Made by a program: the position numbers and the translations under genes. Positions 11,904 to 23,330 of a stretch of 64,000 nt of DNA are shown here, piece after piece. Below the pieces are notes generated by a model. It did no database searches. It was given only the letters and a program-made list of their open reading frames with translations, and had not been told where the DNA came from. Source of the DNA: Asterias rubens (lineage: Eukaryota); the NCBI RefSeq assembly GCF_902459465.1, contig NC_047083.1, positions 1,798,001 through 1,862,000 of the forward strand, given 5' to 3'. Numbering within the stretch: the stretch's first letter is position 1; each line of letters begins with the position of its first letter.

Positions 11904-14062
11904 AATACTAAAGCTGCAAAAAGCTATCGCAGAAATGCCACCACAAGGTGCATTCTAACTAACAATAATACAAAGCAACCAGAAAGAATTTCGGATAATC
12001 GCAATGCTTTGTGTCGCAAACATAACACTCGGCATGCCTTTCGACCTGGTATTACATCATCACAGGTATTTCACACTCTGGTCCCTGTTGACTTTACATC
12101 CCATTTCTGAGGGTATTTTTACGGAGCTATCTAACGCACACGAAATGGACACACAGAGAACGCACTAAAACTTTAACTATTGCACGACTTCACGTTTGTC
12201 ATAATAGAAAATCATGAAAATCAATACAGACATATCAAATTGGAAACAGGGTTCAACTCTAAGGTTCATCTCAACTGTAACACTTCACGTATATGTCTTT
12301 TCCTAATCCCCAACAATGTTTGCTGTCAAACCCTGTACGGAAAACTCATTCTCACTTGGTGTTTTTGTCTGACTGCCTTCCAAGCACCAGTTCTCACGCC
12401 CATTAGACCCCTGCCAAATGGCAGCAAATTAAGGGTACCCTTGCAGAACCACAAGCCCCACTGTGCCTACCTACTATTTCCCCTCCCCCTCTTTACTCTA
12501 GGTAGCTACCTAGGTTCATACCTCCAGCATCCTTTTGTAGAATCCGTGTTAATCCTTCGCCATTCCGCTTGTCGGTTTGCTTGCTGTTCAGGCTGTGCTG
12601 CCAAACAATGCATGCGTGCACAGGATGCCCAACATGCGTGATATTCCATCGCGGGCTTGTTTTTCGCGCCAAAGGATCTTGAGAACCCGACGGCTGATGC
12701 GTGTATGATAAAAACACAACCAAGAAGTGTGGTTGACACATCAGCAATTCAAGAGAAAAATTCAAACACATTTAAGATAAAGATAATTATTCATTGATGT
12801 AAACCTGTGGTTTTGGAGGTATTATTCCTTGACAACACAGTGGTCATAATGGCACTTCACTCCCAATAGCTTAAGGGATCAGACTATTCCCTGCTAGCCT
12901 CGGTTTGGCTATTTGCTTCTAACAGAAATGACACAAACTTGAGATTGGGAAAAACGATCAAAATGGCGATAAGTTTACGAGCATACCTCTGTGATTTTCT
13001 CAAACTTGTTTTTGTACTTTCGGCACACCATGCACCATCGTTCGTTTTGGACAAAGTTATCTTTTGTCAAGAAATATAAAAAAATCAACTACCTTTTGTA
13101 ACGTAAATTTTCTGTAGTTTTAAATTGAACTATACTTGCAAATTTATTATTATGCAAAGAAAATTATTAATTCAAGCATAGTTTGACGTATTACTTTTTT
13201 TTAAAGCCTTATTTGTGATTGAAAAGCAAATTGCAGAATAAGACAACCTATCGCTTAGTACATCTGAGACCCGAACTAACCAAAACTCATAAAAAATGAC
13301 CTCACATGCAACAGCCGTCAGTTCCAATAACACCAAATCTGTATATTAAAAGGTACACAAATCCGCAAATCTCCGAATGAGCTCCGTCCGATATGGCACT
13401 CGTTCCTACCCGGCTTCGTTTCCTTTCAATTCTCCATCTTTGACTGACCCGTCCCGTACTTTGCGTGGATAACAGACTCAGCTCAACTAAAGCCACAAAT
13501 CCAGTCCCCAAATCAGGGAAAAGAGAAGCGAAAAAAAAAAAAAAAAAAAATGATACTGATAAAGGAAAACGCGGGGAAATGGATTATGCCCGTATTCAAC
13601 ATGGCGGTTAGATTGTTGAGAAATTGGACGGAGGATTTAGGGGGTGAATTTCACAGCTAGGTTAGGCTGTAAAAGATGTGTCACACAGACACGCTGGATG
13701 TATTACTTTCTGTATTATGGATTCCACGTATGACGTCACGCGAGGTCATGGGCTGGAGAACACTGGGCGTGGTCACTTGCGGATCTAGAGGGGGGGGGGG
13801 CTGAGGACATTCGGGAACGACTCCCCATCTCTCTTATTTTCTGCTGTACAAATGCCATCAATGTACGATAATTTTTGACATGATGTCAAGTGCACTAAAT
13901 ACAGCCCCAACATATTCTGGGTAAATATTACCCAGGTCACCCATCAGATCACACGATTTGGGGTTCCTTCGAGGTACAAAGTTGGGCTAAATTTAGTCCC
14001 AGAATATTTATTTAGGACACAGATGAGTCCAAAGTACAAAGGGGAAGCACATACACACTTAA

Positions 14063-14434
14063 AGGTAGTGGACACTATTGGTAATTACTCAACATATTTA
14101 TTAGCATAAAACCTTACTTGGTAACGAGTAATGGGGAGAGGTTGGCAGTATAAAACATTGTGAGCAACGGCTCCCTCTGAAGTGGAGTAGTTTTCGAGAA
14201 AGAATTTTCCACGAATTTGATTTCGCGACACCAGATTTAGAATTTGAGGTCTCGAAATCAAGCCTGAAAGCACACAACTCCGTGTGACAAGGGTGATTTT
14301 TTTTTCATTATTATCTCGCAACTTCGATGACCGATTAAGCTCAAATTTTCACAGGTTTGTTATTTGATGCATATGTTGAGATACACCAAGTGAGAAGATT
14401 GGTCTTTGACAGGTACCAATAGTGTCCACTGTCT
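14063..14434 (+). mobile_element. Kolobok-type MITE family A, full length
   Basis: ttaa|AGGTAGTGGACACTATTGGTAATT ... CCAATAGTGTCCACTGTCT|ttaa. Confidence 0.85.
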
Positions 14435-15017
14435 TTAAGAAAGATTAAGACAAATTAGAATACAGGAAAATATGGTTCTTTTAGTGTCGTTTGTAATTTT
14501 ATTTCAATTGCCGATTAACTTAATTCTTCTACATTGAATTCCTTGCATATTATTATTTGAGTCCCAAAAACTGACAGTCTTCCACAAAACCAGCACCAAT
14601 CTCAGGAAACGGTGGCGGCGCCCTTCGTCAAGTGACCCAAATAGTTAAGACTTGAAACAGTCGTCGGACCGTGATATGCAAATCACCGAGAGGAACTTTT
14701 CGGCGCGGGTTTTTAATAAAAAGAAGTAAGAACAACATTGTTTTCATCATTTTTCTTTTTAAGTTAATGTTTTACAATTCCAACCAGATGACGTCTTTAC
14801 AGTGATTAATATGCACAAAAACTCCTGTCAATCATCCTTGGCCACGCCCATGTAGATTTATTCTTTAAACGACGAATACAACATACAATACGTACATAAA
14901 ACGTAAAAAACCTCCATAATATAATAATGACGAACTTATTATTAACATAGACATGATGAATAACCCGACTGTCTTGTTTGTTTATTCTATTAAACAAATC
15001 TGATGAGCTACTAATGG

Positions 15018-15072
15018 ATCAATTCTTATTGATCATTAATCGATATCAAATACTATCGATAATATAATCGAT
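15018..15072. promoter_or_regulatory. Homotypic cluster of five ATCRAT (Onecut/Cux-like) cores downstream of Pax6
   Basis: ATCAAT 15018, ATTGAT 15028, ATCGAT 15039, 15055 and 15067. Function is inferred only. Confidence 0.35.
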
Positions 15073-17071
15073 AATGGATTTGTTGTGTCTTAATTATGAC
15101 AGAGCGTAACATTTTTCAATCATGCCTTGTGCGATGATAAAAGCGCCATTTTGTCTCAATGGTTCCCGATCGCAAGTAATTTAAACACTGTGTGCTGTAC
15201 GTACAAGCACCAGTTTAGGAGCGAATTTTAAAAATATATACTGATATAATAATATTTGATAATCCAAGTTCGTTTTAGAGCTTTTTGTTTTAGGTAAGGG
15301 AGAGAAAGTGCATTGTGGGATTCCTAGCGTAGATCTCTGTATCATAACTAATGTGTACAAAATGTGTACATTGTGCATTGCGCAAGACTTTCGTGACGTC
15401 ATCATGATCACGTCACGTGCATGTACTGGCAAATATTTTTGTAGTTGCCTCTCAGCTGATGAGATTGTCGAAATAGACAGGTCAAAGGTCGACCAAAATT
15501 GTCTCGGCACAATCATCGCAAGTAATGAAAAATACATCACCTGTATTCTGTCTACTATGGAGTGCAAAAGATTTTTAAAATGAAATAAAAACAGGTTTGA
15601 CTATGGTGTGCAGATGTTGTAATAAATACCCCCAAAAGAAAAGAGTTGACGATTGTAACGGAAGAGACGCGATTTACAAAACGTTTTATCGTAAAGGCAC
15701 AGGTGTAAAAACATAAAAAACAAAACAAAAAACTAAGATTAAGAACCATAACTATGAAATCTGGTGGAGGAAGAATTACCTTTTAAGTAAAAAAAAAAAT
15801 CAAAAGTAATAATATCTATAAAACAATTTGTTGTAAAATATCTCATAAAATAAATCCATTATAACTAATGTGATTTTTTTTCAGCTAACAATAGTTTTTA
15901 TTTGTTTTGTTAAATGTCTGACGTATTTGTACAGTAAATTCTCTAAAAGTTTCTTTAAAGGATCCCTTTGCGTCTGCGCAGTGGCGTAATACTATTGGCG
16001 GGAAAGATAAGTGGCATTTTTAAAATTTGTTTGAAAAAAAAAAACAACGCCTGCGATTGTTTAGTTGGGAACATACAGACAAGGCGGACAGTGAAAACAA
16101 CGTCTCGTCAAATTTGTAAAACAATGTGGCAACATAATAGGACTCTGCACCAATGACGTCACTTTTGCTCAAACAAACTTGTCACCACTCTCGCAACCAC
16201 TAGTCTGTCTGCTGCCACCTAGCGTTCCGTAGTCACAAATTAAAGAAATGTTTCTTAGTGGTGTTGTGGTACGCGTTTGGATCCAAAGTGAATAATAATA
16301 GATTTGTTATTAGATTCTGAAAGCAGTAAGTTTATTTCAGCTTGAAGTATCACAAGGAAAAATGTGATTAAAGTTGATTTGAGGGCATTACTTAAGAAAG
16401 GAATGCATCCATTTAATACTTAATTTAATAATTATTTAATTAATTCATGTATCTAAAAGATATTGGGGCTGTGACACGGCTGTCAATGTTACAGTTTTAC
16501 ACTAAAACTTAATACTCAATGTGTAACTCTCATGCGGCATTTTGCAAACCTTTAAGGTGTTGGATGCCAATGAAACGCTCTTTCGAATTGACAAAATTCT
16601 AGATTTTCACAGCTTCAAATACTTACGCTGGGTAATTTGGTGGTGATTTTTATATCTTGGAATGAATTCTCCCCAATTAAAAACAACAACATACCATTTC
16701 ATTGCGGTATGTATCTTGAAAAGTTCAAGATTGGAATGAATGTTTTTTTCACCAGCAAAACGTTGTCCTATCCCTTAAATAGGGACCACAAAGTGTCAAA
16801 TAAATATTTTGAAATGACTAGAAGTGTACAAAACGAAATCCATGGTCAGAAATAAAAGCAATGTTTTTTGTATAAGATCATGTCAAACTATATTTATCAG
16901 ATTGAAAATGAAAACAAAAATCAAATTAAAAACAAGAACAAAAACTTGGTCGCATTTTTAACATAACAAAACACACGACATTATGTTACACCCAGAAATG
17001 GTTCACTTTATAACAACAATAACGATAAAATCTTACTAGAAAAATCCCCCTGTGTTTACCACCTATGATAC

Positions 17072-17227
17072 CATAGACCTTATCGCAAATACCAATGTGC
17101 AAGCGCAGACTGTTGAATGAGGTGCATTGTGGGATAGATATGGATCAAATTTGGATACCAGCAAGACCACAATGCACCTAGTTCCAAGCTTTACGCGCGC
17201 GCCCCGGTATTTGCGAAAAGGTCTATG
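17072..17227. mobile_element. Short TIR element with ATAGACC...GGTCTAT termini
   Basis: CATAGACCTTATCGCAAATACC ... GGTATTTGCGAAAAGGTCTATG, 22-bp TIRs with one mismatch. Confidence 0.7.
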
Positions 17228-18531
17228 TAACACCTATTTACAGTTGGAGCGCCCTCTCTTGACACCAACCATCGAAACTAAAACCCATCTCGATTTTAAT
17301 TTCAACAGCGTTTTCTCAGACTCTGTGTCTCTAACGAGATGTTTTGTTCAACAGAGGGCGCCCTACACGTAAATGCAGTGACGTCATTATGTCATATCTA
17401 TTGTTTAGAGAGAATTGCATCACTACTAATATCTACATATCACTACAATCTACAGTAACAAGTCTATTGATCAAATACAACGAGGAGTATCATACATTGT
17501 TTTTTTCTTCTTTTTCCCCCTTTCAAAAGATTGTTTTAAATTAACGATTACATGAAAGATTTATCACCAGAAACAATACACCGACAACATGAAAGTTCCT
17601 GAGATAGTAGAAAAGTTGTCAACTAAAGTGTTTTGTTTTCCTTCTCCAGTCGGTGAGTTACAGATAATTATCTCAGTTTTTGCGTGGATCCAACATGGCG
17701 GCCTCCACAGGGATGCTGCATGAAAGGTTTCCCATAATGGACATCGAGTCTCTTAGCGGCGTCAGTAATCGATCATAAATCGTCTTTGACCTTTTTGTTT
17801 GTGGATGGAGAGACTGATGCTGTTGCAGGAAATCTCCCGGACCACATGTTCAAAAGCAACTGAAAGACTTATACAAAATCTCATCTGCAGAGCCGGTAGT
17901 TTGGTTTTGAAACACATTATCTCAGTCAGCCTCTGAAGTGTAAGCCTCGTTTTGATGAATACAGTCTCGTTTTGGAACACGAAGTGCCGAGTCCCGTGCT
18001 GGTCAACGATATTGATGGTGTCTCGTGTTCGACTCGAGTCGGCATTCGGATAGTGTAATGAATTGACGAGGTGCTTTACAACGCATAATAATGTTATGTT
18101 TGTTCAGTTGCAACATCCAGTTGAATCTGTACGATAATGTTTAAGACGATTCACAGTCAACTTTAACAGCATTATGTTCCAACGAGGCAGAATCCATTCA
18201 CGTATTGGTGCCTCTCAGACTGAGTTCAAAACCTATGACCTTTGACACTCGAACACCACGAGAGGTCAACTCTGGAATGTACATAATAATATTTCTTCGT
18301 TTTTGACCTACAACATTAGTCACCAATGGCACCTGTGCGATTTGGGGACGAGGTTATTGGTGTAAGTCATCGAGGATGGTATTAGCACTTAGCTGAAGGT
18401 TACTGTGTTCTACGTCATCAAATGTTGCTTTTAACCTCATGTCTTCTTACACATAGCATCCACCCAACTCTCAACCTCGTTACATGGGGAGCGAGTCCAA
18501 TCAACCTTGATCCCATGGATGTGCCCTTGCT

Positions 18532-18626
18532 TTACTGTATACGTGGCCAGTACTGGGACGTGTGGGAGTCTCCAGGGTTACCCCCTGGAACTTGGACTGG
18601 TACTGACACCCCTGGAGAAATAAGAC
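18532..18626 (-). CDS. Pax6: Pax6 last coding exon ([30 protein letters not shown])
   Basis: Acceptor ccactacag|GT (phase 1). Matches the conserved Pax6 C-terminus [14 protein letters not shown]...SQYWPRLQ. Stop TAA at 18534-18532. Confidence 0.97.
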
Positions 18627-19131
18627 CTGTAGTGGAAAAAAGAAGAAGACAAAAAAAACCCAATAAATATTTACGTTTTAAAATGTTCTAAGAGGAAAAG
18701 TCTGCCCTTGTGACGTATCATTAGCTTGCCAAAGCATGGATCACAAGTTACCTTTGTCTTGTTTCCTTATTCACACAAACATTGATGACCGGTTTTCAAT
18801 TCAACTAAATATCGCAATCATTCAGTATTATTATGTCTATTAATTTCAACAATATTGATTAAAAGACACTTCCTAGCAGTAAAACTACTGAATTGTGATT
18901 TTGAATGTACAATTATAGAAGTTTAAACAATAAAGTGGTAGTTAAAACGATTAAAAGCAAACACTTGACCCCCAAAATAAAAGAGCAAAAAACTCAGAAT
19001 TGCAAAAAAAGAAAACTATCATAGTACAGTCCTTTACTAGAAAACAGTACCAGTATTAGAAGAGTTTGTTTTGGCTTCCAGCCTCGATTTGGTTACACTA
19101 ATTTAGAACAACAAAATGGCGGACTACTTAC

Positions 19132-19318
19132 TTGAGAATGCACCGTTGTTGCAAGCACTGTTCATGTGGTGGCTCTGCATGTGGCCGTGGGAGGAGTGGG
19201 TAGCATGGTGGGATTGCATGGCGTGATGCTGGCTCGGTGTACCGTAGAGGGATTCATGGTGGTAACCATGGGAGACGGAACCCATCATGCTTCGGTAACT
19301 TCCGGAATCTCTCGGTGG
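19132..19318 (-). CDS. Pax6: Pax6 His-rich PST exon (PPRDSGSYRS...HMQSHHMNSACNNGAFS)
   Basis: Acceptor cgttaacag|CCA (phase 0), donor TCAA|gtaagt (phase 1), 187 nt. HMQSHHMN resembles vertebrate HMQTHMN. Confidence 0.9.
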
Positions 19319-19632
19319 CTGTTAACGAAACAAGGAAATACTTTTAGTCATTTTAGTCATGGGTTTTCATTCAGGTTTGGGGATGAGGTTGGCTCGGTTA
19401 GTTCCTTTCCCTGCCTTTCACCACTGTGGAACTCGGTTATAATCCCGCCTCATACAGGAGCATTGCGTAACTGTGTATTGGGTCTTCAGTGCCTGCCTCA
19501 AAAAGATACATTACCTTTAATTTATTGCATCTTCAATGACCATTTCGAGCCCAAATATTCACAGTTTGGTTACTTGGTACATAATTATGTTGGGATACAC
19601 CAAGTGGTTATACACACCAAGTGAGAAAACTG

Positions 19633-19779
19633 GGGTGGATTTCACAAAGAGTTAGGACTAGTCTAATCTCGAGTTAGGACCAGTTACTCGTCCTAACTTA
19701 GGACTATCCATGCAATTTGTATATCTCCTAGGACTAGTCCTAAGTTAAGACTAGTCCTAACTCTTTGTGAAATCGACCC
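19633..19779. mobile_element. PIF/Harbinger-type MITE, 147 bp, almost fully palindromic
   Basis: ctg|GGGTGGATTTCACAAAGAGTTAGGACTAGTC ... GACTAGTCCTAACTCTTTGTGAAATCGACCC|cag. TIRs of about 31 bp and a 3-bp CWG target. Confidence 0.8.
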
Positions 19780-19924
19780 CAGGTCTTTGGCAATTATCAA
19801 AATTCTTCATTGCCTTCAATTTCTTGCAACTTCGATGACCAATTGAGCCAAATGTTTCACAACTACTTGATGAATATAATATGTTGGAATACAACAAGTG
19901 GGGATACACCAAGTGAGGATACTG

Positions 19925-20182
19925 GGACCAATTTCATAGAGCTGCTTAAGCACAAAATGTTGCTTAAACAAAAAAAAAATCCTTGCTTAGTAAAATCAGA
20001 TTACCGGCCAAGACTCCACTCAATATTGTTATGCTAAGTTAACAACAGCTAAATACCAGTCACAAGCAAAGTATATGGCATTAAATTTTGGCCAGTAACA
20101 TGTGTAAAATAAGCGAGCTATTTTCGTACTTAAGCAATTCTTAAGCAATTGTTTTGCTTAAGCAGCTCTATGAAATTGGTCC
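19925..20182. mobile_element. PIF/Harbinger-type MITE, 258 bp
   Basis: ctg|GGACCAATTTCATAGAGCTGCTTAAG ... CTTAAGCAGCTCTATGAAATTGGTCC|ctg. Perfect 26-bp TIRs and a perfect CTG duplication. Confidence 0.85.
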
Positions 20183-20227
20183 CTGGCCTTTGACAATATC
20201 AAAAGCACTCTCTGCCTCTGAACTGAC

Positions 20228-20488
20228 CTGCACATTCAGATTTGGAGCTGCCGCCATACTAAAACTCGGAACGGGCGGGAGGGCGCTATAACTCTCAGCC
20301 GTGCGAGGTACCATCGGAGCAGATGGCTGAGGAATAGGCTGGTATACACTGATGTTATTGGAGAATCCGCCTAGGTTACTAATGGGCAGATGACTGGAAG
20401 ACTGAGGCGGGGCCTCGGTCTGTTGCCGCCGCTGGTTCCGGAGTTTCTCCTCGCGACGCCATTTGGCGCGGCGATTCGAAAACCAAAC
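20228..20488 (-). CDS. Pax6: Pax6 exon: homeodomain helix 3 and start of PST domain ([21 protein letters not shown]...YQPIPQP...APNLNVQ)
   Basis: Acceptor tcttttag|GTT, donor CAG|gtcagt, phase 0-0, 261 nt. Has Ser50 in VWFSNRR. Not in the ORF track. Confidence 0.96.
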
Positions 20489-21970
20489 CTAAAAGACAAA
20501 ACAATAATTTGGGAAATGTCATTATTTTGTTATTGATTTGTTTGGACATGGTAGTCTTATCAGTTTAACAACTGCTATCCCTAATGCCCCTGTGTCCAAA
20601 CGGACAACTTGAAAGCTGTTGTAAGGTCTAAGATCTATCAGAAATACGCTCCATGTTCCTCGAACTCGACTGGTCAGTTATGGGGACAGGGCTTACTCCA
20701 ACATAGCACCAAGACTCTGGAACTCACTTCCGGATGACCTCAGACAAATACACAACATCACTCTCTTCCAGCAGAAACTCAAAACACACTTATTCTTGCT
20801 TGCTTTCCAACATCTTGACAAAACTTGACCGGCGCCTTTGAATGTTTCTCCTTTTCAGTAAAGTGCGCCTTATAAATGCTGTAGTTTATTATTATTATTA
20901 TTTATTGTATTATTTAAACTTACAATATGCTTTATTTTTTATTAGTTTAAGTCATGTAACATTATTTTTTATTTATTTGAAAACGTGTACCACTAACTAG
21001 GCATATGTAAGTAGGATTTAAAACTGCATGGTGAGGAAACAATGTATTAAGTAATTTTATTTATGTATTCATTCATCAATGGTTTATTATATAAATTAAC
21101 AAAATTAAGTACAATCACAAAATGGAAAAAGAAAAACAATTAAAACAAAGCAAAACATGAAAAATTGCACTCAGAATAGAAATCATCGTATAATAATTTA
21201 TAACAAAACGACGATTTGACCAGTATGCTCTGATCGTCTTCAAGATAAACGAATTCTATTGAGGGAACATTTTCATGAGTATATTGTGGAATTATTCACT
21301 AACTGATATCAGAATATTCCCATCACCACACTCGTATTCTTAGAAATGTTTTTTTTCATTATTATGAACACCAATTGATACACAATCAAATATAATTTAA
21401 TCATAATTGTATCAGCGAGGTGGTCTGACAAAATAATTCAATATAAAAAAAATGTTCCAACGATATCATCGCTAGAATTAGATTCTTCCACCACGCAACT
21501 AAAAAAAAGTACCCTGCCTTTGGTGTGTTTTTGTTGAACCTGTGTCCAGATTTTGTTCTTGATACATGTTTAGTCATATGAATAATAGACATTTCCAGCA
21601 CGAGCCTTAAAAAGCCCCCTAGCCGGGCGATTTTTATCTCCTGGCGTTTAAGTAAAATAAATGAACAAGCTCAACGCGGGCGTTTTAACTTGATTTGTGA
21701 AGTTATCATTTCTGTACGTGAGAAATCAACATCACTGTAGCCTAGTGCTATGATTCATATCTGGCGTCCAATTATAGAGGGCGTTTTTAGAAATCATATC
21801 TCTAACTTCTTCTGTTTGTGGACACATTGCTAAACTCATAATGTGAAGATTTGTAAGCCACTTTTTTAAAGAATGTGGAGTCCCCGTCGTGTTGAACAAA
21901 AATTGAGGTGTGTGTTCTCATTCGAGCAAGAGGAGTGCAACGTTGGAACCCACTTTAAGTTGTTGATTAA

Positions 21971-22332
<362 letters not shown>

Positions 22333-23138
22333 TTAAGTTGTCATAAAATATCAAGAACTATTTGGTTATAGTGTTTAACTTGACATTAATGACAACAATT
22401 TGCAAGGCCAGAATGACAAACTACTACACACAAAAGTGTCTGCAAGTGACGTCATCACGTACAGCAAGGGCGCCCTCCGTGCACATTTCAACACACAGAA
22501 TACCACACTTGTTGTATCAAGATCACAATAGTTTTTCACGCGAGTTTAGAGACAAAATTACCCGGCAATTTTAAACCCATCTTGCACAACAAAACATTTT
22601 GGTCGGGCTGTGTCTCGGGTAAATGAAGCAAGCGACGACACTTTAACTCGATTGGTCAAACCGCTCGCACTGGAGATAATTAATTCCGCCGTTATCAGAA
22701 TTAAAAATATATGTACCCCCTCGCGAGCTTGGTAATTGACCCCAAGGACATGTGCATTGTGTATGGAGAAGTTACTCTATCATTCATAGGGTGGGGGTGA
22801 TCAAAGGCATTGACAATGAGGGGCTATTGTGTTTAATTCATAGCTATACAAATTAAACTCGTATTTATTTATGAAATGACCTTTTGAAATTATTGCTTTC
22901 CACATCGTTCTTGATCTTATTTTAAATGAGGTGCGAGGAGCTTCGGTATAAAATTAAACTGGATAGAATAATATTGGGTGGCTGGTTTTTTTTCCAGACG
23001 TAGAAAAAATAGTTTGGGAAAAGACTGTGCTTGTCTCACGAGTATTCGATCGCTGTGAACCGTGAAAGCGCGCGATTTTGTTCCTTCACAAAATGTTCAT
23101 AATACAAATTTTAGGAACCGATGCAATTTTGAGGCATG

Positions 23139-23330
23139 TTGGACACAGTCGTGGCAGTATTAGTTTGGGGTAAATTTGTCTGCATACACCCAAACCAAAC
23201 AGTGTCCACAAATGTTGATGTATTTTGGACACATTACCATCCCTTGGGGGTAAATATGTCTGCATACCTCCAAACCAAACAGTGCACATCCAGTGTCCAC
23301 GAGTTTTGAGGTATTATTTGGACACACTGC
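23139..23330. repeat. Imperfect tandem repeat with an 80-bp period
   Basis: ttggggtaaatttgtctgcatacacccaaaccaaacagtg at 23165 and a near-identical copy at 23244. Confidence 0.8.

Larger units (their letters stand above)
19525..20217 (+). mobile_element. Composite TE block: two decayed family-A right-end fragments, each interrupted by a Harbinger-type MITE
   Basis: The family-A motif ttgcaacttcgatgaccaattgagc...gatacaccaagtgaga..actggtctttgacaatt occurs twice. Both copies are split at the CTG by an inserted MITE. Confidence 0.7.

Noticed and set aside
12590-12693. RRVLKILWREK resembling the C-terminal region of LINE reverse transcriptases
   Set aside because: A single short motif followed by a stop, with no other RT motifs nearby.
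12506-12739. Apparent signal peptide plus Cys-rich peptide ORF
   Set aside because: The start is a GTG with an in-frame stop just upstream, and the hydrophobic part is probably intronic polypyrimidine sequence. Kept only as part of the speculative transcript finding.
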